Shown here: piece after piece, positions 1 through 12,829 of the stretch
Numbering within the stretch: the stretch's first letter is position 1
Layout: each line of letters opens with the position of its first letter
Source of the DNA: an uncultured Actinomycetota bacterium
Lineage (GTDB): Bacteria > Actinomycetota > Acidimicrobiia > Acidimicrobiales > Microtrichaceae
DNA: 64,000 nt
NCBI GenBank assembly: GCA_963715225.1
Contig: CAVQRK010000004.1
Coordinates: 136,502-200,501 of the forward strand
Direction: 5' to 3'
Notes under the pieces: model-generated
What the model was told of the DNA's origin: nothing
Database searches by the model: none
Seen by the model: the letters and a program-made list of their open reading frames with translations, nothing else
Translations under genes and position numbers: made by a program

Positions 1-1
1 C

Positions 2-553
2 AAGGCGATGTTCGGTCTGTGGGTGATCTCGGCCGATGGTTCACCGGTCCAACCCCGCCAGTCCGCGGTCCGCGGACTGTTGGCGATCATCGACATCTAT
101 CTGTCTCTTGGATTCGTCGCGCTCATCACCGCCATGTTCTCGCCGACCGCCCAGCGGTCCGGTGACATGGCGGCATCGACGGTCGTCGTGCGACACCGCG
201 GTCGGTCCGGACAGTCGGTTCCGGTGGTGTTCTATGCGCCGCCGGGATACGAGGCGTACGTCGCCAATCTCGATGTGAGCGGTCTGGCTCCCGAGGACTT
301 CTCGCTGATCCGCGAGTTCCTGCTACGGGTCACGAAGTTCTCCGGCGACGCCCGCACCGCCCAATCGGTGGGACTGGCGAGGGGTGTTCGCGACCGCATC
401 GGCCACCCGGATACCAGCGGTGTGGACCCGGAGACGTGGCTGATCTGCATCGCCTCGGCCTATCAGTGGCGAGAGGGCGGACTCCTGCGTGACGTCGCCC
501 GCGGCGTCGCCCCGGTCGCAACCCCGATCGCTGCTCCGGCCCTGTACAGGTGA
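2..553 (+). CDS. RDD-family membrane protein, 5' partial (frame open to window edge)
   Basis: ORF 8..553 has no stop upstream to base 2. Hydrophobic segment LLAIIDIYLSLGFVALITAMF is followed by a soluble tail. High GC3 coding look. Confidence 0.5.
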   Translation, partial: KAMFGLWVISADGSPVQPRQSAVRGLLAIIDIYLSLGFVALITAMFSPTAQRSGDMAASTVVVRHRGRSGQSVPVVFYAPPGYEAYVANLDVSGLAPEDFSLIREFLLRVTKFSGDARTAQSVGLARGVRDRIGHPDTSGVDPETWLICIASAYQWREGGLLRDVARGVAPVATPIAAPALYR

Positions 554-593
554 CACGTGCCGGAAGGGGACGGGCCCGATCGTCGGGACGGCC

Positions 594-1130
594 TCAGGCG
601 GTGGCCGGGCCGGCGGGCGATGACAGCGTCCAGAGTTCCGGCCCCTCACCGACACACCCGAGATTCCGTGCAACGGCGTGCGACGCTTCGTTGTCCCCGT
701 CGATGTGGAACTCCAGCCGCCCCAATCCTCCGCTGCCCAGTGCCCAATCGGCCAGCAACATCACGGCCCTGGCCGCTGTCCCCCTGCCTCGTGCTGTGGG
801 CGCCAACCAGTACCCCACCTCGGCCGTACTGCTCCCCGCGTGGACGGACACGAGCCCGCAGGCGCCGAGTACCCGGTCATCGTCGCTCGCCGCGACGCAG
901 AAGAGGGCTGCGGTGCGGTCGCGCCACTGAGCGGGCGCCAACTCGGTGATGTACCCGCGGGCATGCTCGGGCAGGTAGGGCACCGGGACCGTCGTCCAGC
1001 GCTGGATCTCGGGGTCCTGGCACGCGGTGTGAACCGAGTTGATGTCGCATTCGGCCCAGGGACGCAGCCGTTCGGGGTCGTTCGGGCCTCCGAGCGTCGG
1101 TTGGTCTACTGGCCAGCTGAACCTCGACAT
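594..1130 (-). CDS. GNAT family N-acetyltransferase (RimJ/RimL-like)
   Basis: Acetyl-CoA binding motif region GYWLAPTARGRGTAARAVMLLADWAL. I prefer the ATG at 1130 because GGGGAG lies just upstream; the ORF track starts at a GTG at 1157. Confidence 0.7.
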   Translation of the reverse strand: MSRFSWPVDQPTLGGPNDPERLRPWAECDINSVHTACQDPEIQRWTTVPVPYLPEHARGYITELAPAQWRDRTAALFCVAASDDDRVLGACGLVSVHAGSSTAEVGYWLAPTARGRGTAARAVMLLADWALGSGGLGRLEFHIDGDNEASHAVARNLGCVGEGPELWTLSSPAGPATA

Positions 1131-1215
1131 GGAACTCCCCGAACAGCAGCGTGACACCCATGTGAACGCCGTTTAGCCTTCCCCCAGGCACGAGTGTGCC
1201 CGAAGGGGGACCTCC

Positions 1216-2949
1216 ATGGCCACGCTTACCAAGAACCTGTTCCGCGGTGCGGGAGAGGGAACGTGGAACCTGGAGGTGATCGAGGGCCACTGGCCCACCG
1301 ATGCCTACGGCGACGTGTTCATCATCGGACCCGACAAGCGCGAGCCGGGTGGCCACTGGTTCAACCAGTTCGGTCTGCTGCACCGTTTCTCGATGCAGCC
1401 GGCACTGGATGGGACCATCGCCGCCCGAGCCCGACGAATGGAAACGCCGGTGGCACGGCTGGCCGATCGATTCCCCAAGCTGTTCCGCACCGTGGAGTTC
1501 GCCCAGTTCTCCCCGTTCGGAGTGTCCAACATGGCGAACACCAATGTGCAGACCATTGATGGTCGCCTGTTCGTCGGCTACGACGCCGGTCGCCCCATCG
1601 AGGTCGACCCGGTGACCCTGGAGGTACTCACTCCGGTGGGGTCCAATGGTGAGTGGGCCCAAATGGCGCCCGGCCTCTTGGAGCCCATGTGTCCGGTGGC
1701 GGCACACCCGGCTCCTTCGTGGAGGAGCGCGCGGTGTACTTCGTCAACTACTTCCCGATGCCGGGTGCGCCCACCTATGTGGCCCGTTGGGGGCTGTCGG
1801 GGCCGGTGGAACGTTGGCCGGTCGAGGGGATGAGCGACTTCGACTCCATCCACGACATCAAGGCCACCCGCGACCACCTGGTGTTCTGCGACCTTCCGTT
1901 CAAGATGGAGCCCCAGGTGCTGCGGGGAACCGGGCCGCGCGCGATCCCCAACCAGGACATCACGCAGTTGTGGATCGTGGCCAAGGACGACCTTCGCCGC
2001 ACTCCGCCCGGGGAGCCGGTGAAGGCGATCGAGGTACACATTCCGATTCCGAGCGGCCATCTCACTGTCGACGTCGACGACGACGACGGGATACTCCGTG
2101 TGCACCTGGAGCACATCGCCCTGGCAGATCTCATGATCACCCTCGCCGAGGGCGACACGACGCACGCCGGGGAGGTCGTGGGGGCAGATCACGAAGGCCT
2201 GATCTCACTGACCCAACAGCCGGGGTGCATGGGCACCTACGAGATAGTTGCAGCCACCGGCGAGGTCCGGGCGGCCGAGAAACTCTGGGACGACCGGTTC
2301 TGGGGCGGCGTGCTGTCCACCTACGACTACTCCAGTGCCGAAGCCCGTGACCGGGTGACCCAGGCGTGGTATTCGGGGATGGGATTCGATCCCGCCCTGG
2401 TGTCCCAGGAGTGGTGGGACCTCTACGAGGACACCGACAACGAGCACTTCGTGCCGCTGGAGGAGCTTCCGGTCGATGGTCGCCCCGGAGCCGTCGCGCA
2501 CTTCGACCTGGAATCCAAGAAGGTCGTCGGCGTCTACGAGTACACAGAGCCCGGGGCCTTCCCGTCCCCGCCCACGTTCGTGCCCCGCCGCGATCCGCAG
2601 CGGCCCCAACGACGGCTACGTCATGGTCCTCGTGCATCGTGGATCGCCACAGGGCGACGAGGGCAAGGAGATCCAGATCTTCGACGCCCAGGACATCGAA
2701 CGCGGCCCGCTGGCGCGTGCCACGGCAACCGGCTTCAACCCGCCACTGCTGTTGCACTCGTACTGGATGGAGGAGCGCGACGGCCCACGTCCCAGCGACT
2801 ACCGGGTGTCACCCATCCGTGACCTCGGCGGAGCCCTGGCCGGCTTCGGCAGGGTTGTCCGTACCTGGGCCGCGGCAGGAAAAGAGATACGCAGGCGCAC
2901 GAAGGAAGGCTCCATGCCCACCTCCGGCCCGGGAGCCATCTCGCTCTGA
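1216..2949 (+). pseudogene. carotenoid oxygenase (RPE65/CCD family), reading frame broken twice (-1 near 1710, +1 near 2600)
   Basis: Three ORF pieces (1216.. frame 1, 1653.. frame 3, 2476..2949 frame 1) join into one CCD-like protein: ...PVAAHP|GSFVEERAVYFVNY... and ...PTFVPRRDPQ|GPNDGYVMVLVH.... Total length is divisible by 3. Confidence 0.7.
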
Positions 2950-3033
2950 GCGCAGCGATCGTCCAGCCCCTGCGAGCCGCGGTCTTGCGGTGGCCGCGTG
3001 CGTTGGGTTGGTCCGGGCTGGGAGAATCCCTAC

Positions 3034-4249
3034 ATGATCGACATGGACCACGCGGCCACGACTGCACTGTGCCGTGAAGCCATGGAGGCGATGGAGCCGT
3101 TCCTCGGTCCGGGCGGCGGCGCGCAGCGCTACGGAAACCCGTCGGGGTCGCATCGGATCGCCCGGGATGCGACGTGTGCGCTGGACGAGGCCCGCGAGAC
3201 GGTGGCTCGCTGTCCTCGGGTGTGATCCGGGCGAGGTCGTGTTCACATCCGGAGGCACCGAGGCCGACAACCACGCCGTGACCGGAGGCATGCCGCCCCG
3301 GCCCGGCGTACCGATCTGTTCCGCCGTCGAACACCCCGCGGTGCTGGACCCGACCCGCGCACTCGGCGGGAGCATCGTGGCGGTGGACCGCCTGGGTCGG
3401 ATCGATCTCACCTCTCTCGCCGCCACCCTCGACCTCGTGGCGGCCCCCGACGGTCCAGGTGTCTCGGTGGTGTCGGTCATGGCGGCGAACAACGAGTTGG
3501 GCACCATCAACGACCTCGACGCCGTTGCCGACGCCATCGAAGAGTGCGCGCCGGGTGTGGTGCTGCACACCGATGCCGTGCAGGGCGCCCCGTGGCTGGA
3601 CCTGAGCCGGACGGCCGCCAGCGCTCAGCTGATCAGCGTCTCGGCCCACAAGCTGGGCGGCCCCAAGGGAACGGGGGCCCTGGTGGTGCGTGCTTCGACC
3701 TCGCTGAATCCGCTGTTGCGCGGTGGAGGGCAGGAACGCGACCGTCGCGGTGGAACGCACAACGTGGCGGGCATCGTCGGCTTCGCTGCCGCGCTGGCGG
3801 CGGCCGATCTCGATCGGGCGCAACGGGTGAGACAAACGGCGATCCGGCGCGACCGCCTGGCCGACACCCTCACCTCCACCATCGAGGGAGTGACCGAGAC
3901 CGTCGGTCCGGAGGTTGCTGCAGCCGCAGGTGCCCACGCGGACCGCTCCGGGGTGCTCCCCGGTCACTGCCACCTCCTGGTGGAAGGTGTGGGTGGGGAG
4001 GAACTGCTGCTGGTTCTCGAACGTCTCGGCGTGTGTGCCTCGGCCGCGTCGTCGTGTGCCTCGGGTGCCGTCGGGTCCTCACACGTGCTCGATGCGTTGG
4101 GGCTGGCCGGAGAGGTCGCCCCGGATGCAGCCCCACTACGCCTGAGCATCGGTGTGGATACCACCGATGCCGACATCGACGATGCCGCCGCTGCCGTGGC
4201 CTCAGCGGTGGAGCACATACGGTCCAGTCGGAAGGGTGTACCGGTATGA
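3034..4249 (+). pseudogene. iscS: cysteine desulfurase (NifS/IscS class V aminotransferase), +1 frameshift near 3205-3215
   Basis: The N-terminus MIDMDHAATTALCREAMEAMEPFL...YGNPSGSHRIARDA is in frame 1 (ORF 2998..3225). The rest is in frame 2 (ORF 3074..4249): LGCDPGEVVFTSGGTEADNHAV...SVSAHKLGGPKGTGALVV. The stop overlaps the mnmA start (ATGA). Confidence 0.8.
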
Positions 4250-5322
4250 GGATCCTGGTGGCGCTGTCGGGAGGCGTCGATTCCTCTGTGGCTGCCGCGG
4301 TCCTCGTCGAGAAGGGGTACGAGGTCGTCGGTGCGACGATGAAGCTCTGGGGCGGTGAGTCCGACACAGGCTGCTGCTCGGTCAGCGATGTGGAGGATGC
4401 TCGCCGAAGCGCGGCGCAGCTGGGCATCGACCACCATGTGTTCAACTACACAGCGGAGTTCGATCGGCACGTGGTCGACCCCTACGTCGCAGCGCACGCC
4501 CGGGGTCAGACCCCGAACCCGTGCGTCGAGTGCAACCGGCACCTGAAGTTCGACGTCCTGTTGGACCGCGCGGAGTTGCTCGGCTTCGACGCCGTGGCGA
4601 CCGGTCACCATGCCCGGATCGTCGACCGCCCCGACGGTTCGCGCCGGATCGCGAGGGGTGCAGACGCGGCCAAGGACCAGTCCTACGTCCTGTACCCACT
4701 GCACGGCGACGAGCTCGACCGCGTCGTGTTCCCAATCGGTCACCTCACCAAGTCCCAGGTGCGCGAGCGAGCCGCGGCACTGGGGTTGAGAACTGCTGCC
4801 AAGCCCGATAGCCAGGATGTGTGCTTCATCACGCGTGCCGATGGCCGCGCCGCGTTCCTGGCGGAGCGGATGGATCTCCACCCCGCGGTGGTACATGACG
4901 AGACCGGGGAAGAAGTGGGCTCGGTGGATGTGGTGGAGCTGGTGACGATCGGCCAGCGACGCGGACTCAACCTGGCCGGCGGTGCCGATCGTCGCTTCGT
5001 CACCGCTGTCGATGTCGCGCGGCGGTCGGTGACTGTCGGCCCACCCGAAGCCCTCGACCGCTCGTCTGTCGCACTCACATCCATGGTCTGGGCGGACGGG
5101 CCGGCGCAGGGCGAGGTGTCGGGGCAGATCTCGGCGCACGGAACGGCGCAGGCAGCGGAAATCGTGGCTGCGGATGTCGACTCCGCCGAGCTGTCGTGGC
5201 TCCGACCCCAACGCCGTGTGGCGCCGGGCCAGAGCGTCGTGCTCTACGACGGCGATGAGGTGCTGGGCGGCGGGATCGTCACCGCGGACGACCCGGGCCG
5301 AGCCCGGCGACCCAGACCGTAG
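4246..5322 (+). CDS. mnmA: tRNA-specific 2-thiouridylase MnmA
   Basis: MRILVALSGGVDSSVAA (PP-loop SGGxDS), NPCVECNRHLKF, ATGHHARI. ATG at 4246 overlaps the iscS stop. Confidence 0.9.
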   Translation: MRILVALSGGVDSSVAAAVLVEKGYEVVGATMKLWGGESDTGCCSVSDVEDARRSAAQLGIDHHVFNYTAEFDRHVVDPYVAAHARGQTPNPCVECNRHLKFDVLLDRAELLGFDAVATGHHARIVDRPDGSRRIARGADAAKDQSYVLYPLHGDELDRVVFPIGHLTKSQVRERAAALGLRTAAKPDSQDVCFITRADGRAAFLAERMDLHPAVVHDETGEEVGSVDVVELVTIGQRRGLNLAGGADRRFVTAVDVARRSVTVGPPEALDRSSVALTSMVWADGPAQGEVSGQISAHGTAQAAEIVAADVDSAELSWLRPQRRVAPGQSVVLYDGDEVLGGGIVTADDPGRARRPRP

Positions 5323-5328
5323 TGCGGC

Positions 5329-6102
5329 TCAGGAACGTTCCACCTTCATGCCTCGCTCCTCGGCATGGGCGAGCAGGGTCCCGGGACGACTGGGCACGAA
5401 CAGGATTCCGGTGACCTCCTTGCTCTCCAGGATCCGGTCTCTGCCGGCGGCGGGTACGAGTTCGAGGGGTGTCGCTGTATCGACCCCGAGCACCAGGCCG
5501 GGCGCCCTAACCGTCAGGTCGAGTGCGTCGGTGTCTTCGTGGGCCGGCCCGAGGCGGGTTACGTTCCGGGCTGCGAACAGGATCGGTTCGGCCAGCGCCA
5601 TGTCGTCCACGAGTGTGAATCCAGCGGGGACGAACACGGCCCATCTGCGAGCGAGACGCCACAGCGAGAAACTGCCCCACCACGCGGTGAAGATGCCCAG
5701 TGCCACGAGCGGGACCCCGGCGAGGAACACCTCGTTCGAGAACAGCAGGGTCCCGGCGATGAACGGCGCGACCGTGAGCAGCCACGCCACCTGCAGAGGC
5801 CCGACCAGCAGCGCCACCGGTGCCTTTAGCGCGAAGCGGCGCTCATCCCCGTAGGAGGCGCCGTTGACGAACCAGTCGCCGACGGCCGCGCCCATGCAGA
5901 TCACCGCCGCCAGGGTTGCCGCCGTCAGTCCGCCCCAGCCCGCCGGACCGGGTGACTCGACGGCGGTGGCGGACAGGGCGGCCAGTGGTGCCATGGGGAT
6001 GATGATGCGCATGGCCGTCAGCGTCGACGGCAGTGGAACCAGCGACACCACGAAGCCGATCGCCCACAGGAACCAGAACAAGACCTGGGTCGTCACCCGC
6101 AC
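5329..6102 (-). CDS. hypothetical polytopic membrane protein (N-terminus possibly extends to about 6205-6247 through a +1 frameshift)
   Basis: Several hydrophobic helices (VLFWFLWAIGFVVSLVPLP, LLVGPLQVAWLLTVAPFIAGTLLF, etc.). Upstream ORF 5843..6247 codes SLWLVRALWLALPFTLLEHLIDATLGG with high GC3 in a neighbouring frame. Confidence 0.5.
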   Translation of the reverse strand: MRVTTQVLFWFLWAIGFVVSLVPLPSTLTAMRIIIPMAPLAALSATAVESPGPAGWGGLTAATLAAVICMGAAVGDWFVNGASYGDERRFALKAPVALLVGPLQVAWLLTVAPFIAGTLLFSNEVFLAGVPLVALGIFTAWWGSFSLWRLARRWAVFVPAGFTLVDDMALAEPILFAARNVTRLGPAHEDTDALDLTVRAPGLVLGVDTATPLELVPAAGRDRILESKEVTGILFVPSRPGTLLAHAEERGMKVERS

Positions 6103-6253
6103 GGCCCCGCCGGCCCCCGAGGGTCGCGTCGATCAGGTGCTCGAGCAGGGTGAAGGGCAGGGCCAACCAGAGAGCACGAACCAACCACAGAGAACCGGGC
6201 GCTGTCACCGACCCAGTTTGCGCCCTCGGCGCACTCACCGCTAACAACGGGTC

Positions 6254-7282
6254 ATGGGGGGTACACCGGATCTGCGAATCGGGCTCCCGACCCTTCCGGC
6301 CGATCTTCCGGTCGTCGGAGTGGCGGATGCCGTGGAGGTGGCTCTTCGCGGCCGGTCTTTCCCCACCGTGCCTGTGCCCTGCGACCCGGCCTACTCACTT
6401 CTGGCGCAGGCCGCATCGGCGTTCGAGGGCGCGTACGCGATGCCCAACAACGACCTCCGGGTGAACGAGGCCACCTTCGGTGTCCGGCCGGAGGCGGCGG
6501 CATCCACCGACTTCGAAGCCTTCGCCGCATTGGAGGCGACGCTGCAGCGGTGGCCGGCCTCGACCGCGGGCTCGGCGGTGGACGCACTCCGTGTGGACAT
6601 GGTCGGGCCGGTCACGTTGGCACTGACGTTGGCTCGCACCGGTGTCCCCCTGGCGCAAGCACTCGACGCGGCCCGCATGGCACTCGTGTACCGGGCGGAG
6701 GCGATTCTGGCCAGGATCCGTGAGGTCGAGCCGAGCTCCGCGGTGGTGGTGATGATGATCGAGCCTCGGCTGTTGGGGTCGATGCATCCCACCTTCCCCC
6801 TCACGGTTCGCCAGGTTCGCTCCCTCCTGGATCCCGTTGTGGACGTGCTAGACCGTGCCGCCACCGGCGCAGGGCTTCTCATCGGCGTCCATGTGCCCGG
6901 TCGTGCCGACTGGCGCACGATCATCAGCTCGGGCGTGTCGCTGGTGTCCATGCCACCGGATCCCTCGCTCGTCGGCTGGGCGCCCTGGGTGCAGGCTCTC
7001 CTCGACAACGGGGGCTACGTGGCATGGGGCGCCGTACCCGTGGATCGCCCTCTGGGTACCGGCGAGGAACTGCTGTGGCGCAATCTTGCAGCCACTTGGC
7101 GAGACCTCGAGGGCGCGGGGGTGGATGCACAGCTGCTGCGTGCCCGCAGCATGGTCGGTCCCGCGGACGGCCTCTCACGCTTCGATGTATCGCAGCTCCC
7201 GCTGGTGGTGGACCTGGTCGATGCGCTGGCGGGTCGTATCAGGGTGCACGCCGGGCCCAGTCGTGCCTCCTCGGGGTTCTGA
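6254..7282 (+). CDS. conserved hypothetical protein (possibly MetE/UROD-like TIM-barrel fold; conserved neighbour of ligA in actinobacteria)
   Basis: 342-aa ORF with a coding-like GC3 pattern. Its position immediately upstream of ligA resembles the Rv3015c-like gene in mycobacteria. The fold assignment comes from memory of that family, not from a motif I can point to. Confidence 0.4.
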   Translation: MGGTPDLRIGLPTLPADLPVVGVADAVEVALRGRSFPTVPVPCDPAYSLLAQAASAFEGAYAMPNNDLRVNEATFGVRPEAAASTDFEAFAALEATLQRWPASTAGSAVDALRVDMVGPVTLALTLARTGVPLAQALDAARMALVYRAEAILARIREVEPSSAVVVMMIEPRLLGSMHPTFPLTVRQVRSLLDPVVDVLDRAATGAGLLIGVHVPGRADWRTIISSGVSLVSMPPDPSLVGWAPWVQALLDNGGYVAWGAVPVDRPLGTGEELLWRNLAATWRDLEGAGVDAQLLRARSMVGPADGLSRFDVSQLPLVVDLVDALAGRIRVHAGPSRASSGF

Positions 7283-7337
7283 CCTGCTGATTCAGACAAG
7301 CGCCTCCTGGCCCGGCGATGTCGGGGGTGGGCGATAG

Positions 7338-10073
<2,736 letters not shown>

Positions 10074-10076
10074 CCC

Positions 10077-10095
10077 CCGGCGGCGGCGCCGCCGG
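10077..10095. terminator. GC hairpin between convergent genes (CCGGCGGC-GGC-GCCGCCGG)
   Basis: 8-bp perfect stem with a 3-nt loop, directly after the HAD stop and before the 3' end of the minus-strand gene at 10116. No U-tract. Confidence 0.3.
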
Positions 10096-10115
10096 CCGGT
10101 TCGGGGTACGCCTGT

Positions 10116-10607
10116 TCAGGCGGCGGTGAAGCACCAAGGGACGGGACCTGCGGTTTCGGGGCCGTCGGACTGGGCCCAGACCATGGCTATGACGCAGTTC
10201 TTATCGGGGTTGAGCGACTCGATGGGGGATCCGGGGCGTGGCTGGTAGGTGACTCGTCCAAGCCCGAGGTTCTTGGCCAGTCCGTCCTGCTCGTCGCGTA
10301 TCTCGGTGCCGTTGATGATCAGGTAGGCGTCGTATCCAGTGGCCAGGTCGATCCCGACCTCGGCCTGTGCCAGTACCTCGTCGCCGGAAGCCGGGATCAG
10401 TCGGTCGACCGAGTCGGGCAGGGCTAGCGAGGTGTTGTTGTCCCCGGTCACTGCCGCCTGGACGGTGAGGAAGAGACCCAGGCATGCACCGGCCACAACG
10501 ACGGCGGCAATGGTGTTGCGGGCCCAGGGTGCCAGCCCACGGTCATTTGTTGCTGAGGGTTTGCCGGCGGAGTCATCGTTCCCATTCGCCGTGCGTGGTT
10601 CGGCCAT
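10116..10607 (-). CDS. hypothetical membrane-anchored/secreted protein
   Basis: N-terminal TM or signal anchor TIAAVVVAGACLGLFLTVQAAV followed by a soluble domain. No recognisable family. Confidence 0.5.
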   Translation of the reverse strand: MAEPRTANGNDDSAGKPSATNDRGLAPWARNTIAAVVVAGACLGLFLTVQAAVTGDNNTSLALPDSVDRLIPASGDEVLAQAEVGIDLATGYDAYLIINGTEIRDEQDGLAKNLGLGRVTYQPRPGSPIESLNPDKNCVIAMVWAQSDGPETAGPVPWCFTAA

Positions 10608-10691
10608 GGCACAAGTATGGCGGCCGATGGGGCCGCGTCACGAGCGGGGAGGCTCCCCGCTCGATCAGGGGCCCGGAAGTACGATTGCGTG

Positions 10692-12743
10692 ATGGTGATG
10701 GCCGGGGTCTCTGTGGACATGGGAAAGGTTCTGGGCGGCCGCTGGGCACTTCTCGAGCGGGTCGGCACTGGGTCATCGTCAAGGGTCTACCGCGCCAGGG
10801 ACCTCAACGAGGGCAGACTGGTCGCGGTGAAGGTGCTCGACGAAGCCCTCGCCGCGGACGCTGTCTGTGTCCGGGCGTTCCGCTCGGAGAGCGAGGCCGT
10901 GGCCGGACTGCGACACGACAACATCGTGCGGTTCTACAGCTACGGCACCCAGGCGGTGGAGGGGCTCGCCGTCCCCTTCATCGTGACTGCCTTCATGGCC
11001 GGTGGCAGCCTGCGATCGATGCTGTCGGCCGGACACCACCTCGGTGTGGCGCAGGCGGTCTCGGTGGGCCGCTCGGCCGGCCGAGCACTGGCGTACGCGC
11101 ACGACAAGGGGATCGTGCACCGCGACGTGAAGCCCGACAACATCCTGTTCGACAGCGATGGTGTGCTCGGACTTGCCGACTTCGGGATTGCCAGGGCGGT
11201 TGCCACGGCATCGGTGACGGAGCCGCTGGGGTGGGGCGGGGGAACCTTCCGGTACGCGCCGCCCGAGCAGGCCGATGGTCGGCCGCTGGATGTGCGCAGC
11301 GATCTGTACTCCCTGGGAATCGTCCTGATCGAATCTGTCACCGGGGTTGTTCCGCTGGTGGCCGAAAGCGCGCGGGGCACGAAGTTCATTCGTTCCGACC
11401 GACAGGTTGGCGTATCGGACGAACTGGGAGAGCTTCGTGAACCGTTGCTGGCCGCCACCGCGGCCGACCCGGCAGATCGGTGTACCGCGTCGGAGTTCGT
11501 GGCCATGCTCGACGCGGCTGCGCTCGTGGCGGGGGCTCCCGCTCCGTTGCCTCTGGTTCCCATCGGGCAGGGCGCCTCTGGGGAAGGCGACATCGGGCTG
11601 CGTGCCAGTGGGGAAGGGGCCAGTGGTGTGGGAGTTGCCGCGGCGGCCACCTCAGAGGTGGCGGCACCGTCGTGGGAGACCACCTCGGAGATCGAGATTG
11701 TGGGAGAGGAGCCGGACGACTCCGTTCCCGCTCCCATGCCGATGGCGGGACAACAGCCTGTGATGCCCCTCGAGGTGGCTCCGGGCCCGAGCCCGTTGGA
11801 TGGCAGGTCCTCATCGTCGGCTTCTCGCTCCGGTTCGCGATGGCGACGGGGGCTCGCCATGGTCGCGGTGGCACTCGTCATCGTGGGCGGGGCCTCCGCT
11901 CTCTGGTGGTTCGTCGTGCGCGTTCCCACTCACGCGGTTCCCGCTTGGGTCGGCGGGGATGTCGCAGCAGCGGTGGCCGACGCGGACGAGAACGGGTGGG
12001 AGGTGCTCGAGCCCACCGAGATTCGTCAGGACGGGACGGCACCGGGGCAGGTGCTGGCCCAGGACCCCGCAGAGGGAACCGATCTGGCCGAGGGCGAGGC
12101 GATCGCGTTGACGGTGTCACTCGGTCCCACGCTCACCGCGATCCCGCCGCTGTCCGGAGTCCCGGAGTCGGAGGCGGTCGTCGCCATCGAGGCAGCCGGG
12201 CTCGTGCTGGGTACGCGGGATTCCACGTTCAACGAGGACGCCCCCGCGGGCGTGGTCCTGCTCGCTCTGCCGGCGGACGGCAGCGAACAGCCCGACGCGG
12301 AGGGGATGGTGCCGAAACGAACTCCCATAGACATCCTGGTCTCGGACGGGCCCGCTCCCAGGACGGTTCCGGCCGACCTGGAGGGTGCGACCCTGGAGGA
12401 TGCTCGTGCATCCGTCGAAGCTGTGCAGCTCGCAACAGCAGTTGTCGAGCAGTACAGCGATTCGGTCGCAAAGGGTGATGTGGTCAGCGTCTCCCCACCC
12501 CCGGGCACCGAGTTGGCGCGTGGCACGGCGATCGAGATCGTGGTGTCGGCCGGGCCCCAGCCGATCGTGGTTCCTGATGTGACCGGTCAGACCGGCACGC
12601 AGGCCGCGTCGACCCTCGAGGGAAGGGGCTTCGTGGTGTCCGGCATCGAGGGATCACCCTCGGGTCTGGTCCTCGCCACCGATCCCGTCGCGGGCGAAGC
12701 ACGCCCGCCGGGTACGTCGGTGCGGATCTTCACCCGCCGTTAG
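10692..12743 (+). CDS. Ser/Thr protein kinase with four C-terminal PASTA-like repeats (PknB-like)
   Basis: VAVKVL (catalytic Lys), HRDVKPDNILF, DFGIARAV, a single TM (LAMVAVALVIVGGASALWWFVV), then four repeats of about 65 aa ending ..VSLGP/..VSDGP/..VSAGP. I chose the ATG at 10692 to leave a divergent promoter gap; the ORF opens at 10617. Confidence 0.85.
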   Translation: MVMAGVSVDMGKVLGGRWALLERVGTGSSSRVYRARDLNEGRLVAVKVLDEALAADAVCVRAFRSESEAVAGLRHDNIVRFYSYGTQAVEGLAVPFIVTAFMAGGSLRSMLSAGHHLGVAQAVSVGRSAGRALAYAHDKGIVHRDVKPDNILFDSDGVLGLADFGIARAVATASVTEPLGWGGGTFRYAPPEQADGRPLDVRSDLYSLGIVLIESVTGVVPLVAESARGTKFIRSDRQVGVSDELGELREPLLAATAADPADRCTASEFVAMLDAAALVAGAPAPLPLVPIGQGASGEGDIGLRASGEGASGVGVAAAATSEVAAPSWETTSEIEIVGEEPDDSVPAPMPMAGQQPVMPLEVAPGPSPLDGRSSSSASRSGSRWRRGLAMVAVALVIVGGASALWWFVVRVPTHAVPAWVGGDVAAAVADADENGWEVLEPTEIRQDGTAPGQVLAQDPAEGTDLAEGEAIALTVSLGPTLTAIPPLSGVPESEAVVAIEAAGLVLGTRDSTFNEDAPAGVVLLALPADGSEQPDAEGMVPKRTPIDILVSDGPAPRTVPADLEGATLEDARASVEAVQLATAVVEQYSDSVAKGDVVSVSPPPGTELARGTAIEIVVSAGPQPIVVPDVTGQTGTQAASTLEGRGFVVSGIEGSPSGLVLATDPVAGEARPPGTSVRIFTRR

Positions 12744-12829
12744 GCAGCGACAGCCGGGTGTCGTGTTCGGGTCCCCTGCAGTCGCTATCCACGCCCCGGT
12801 CGTGGGGCCGACCTACCGTGTTGGCTGAT

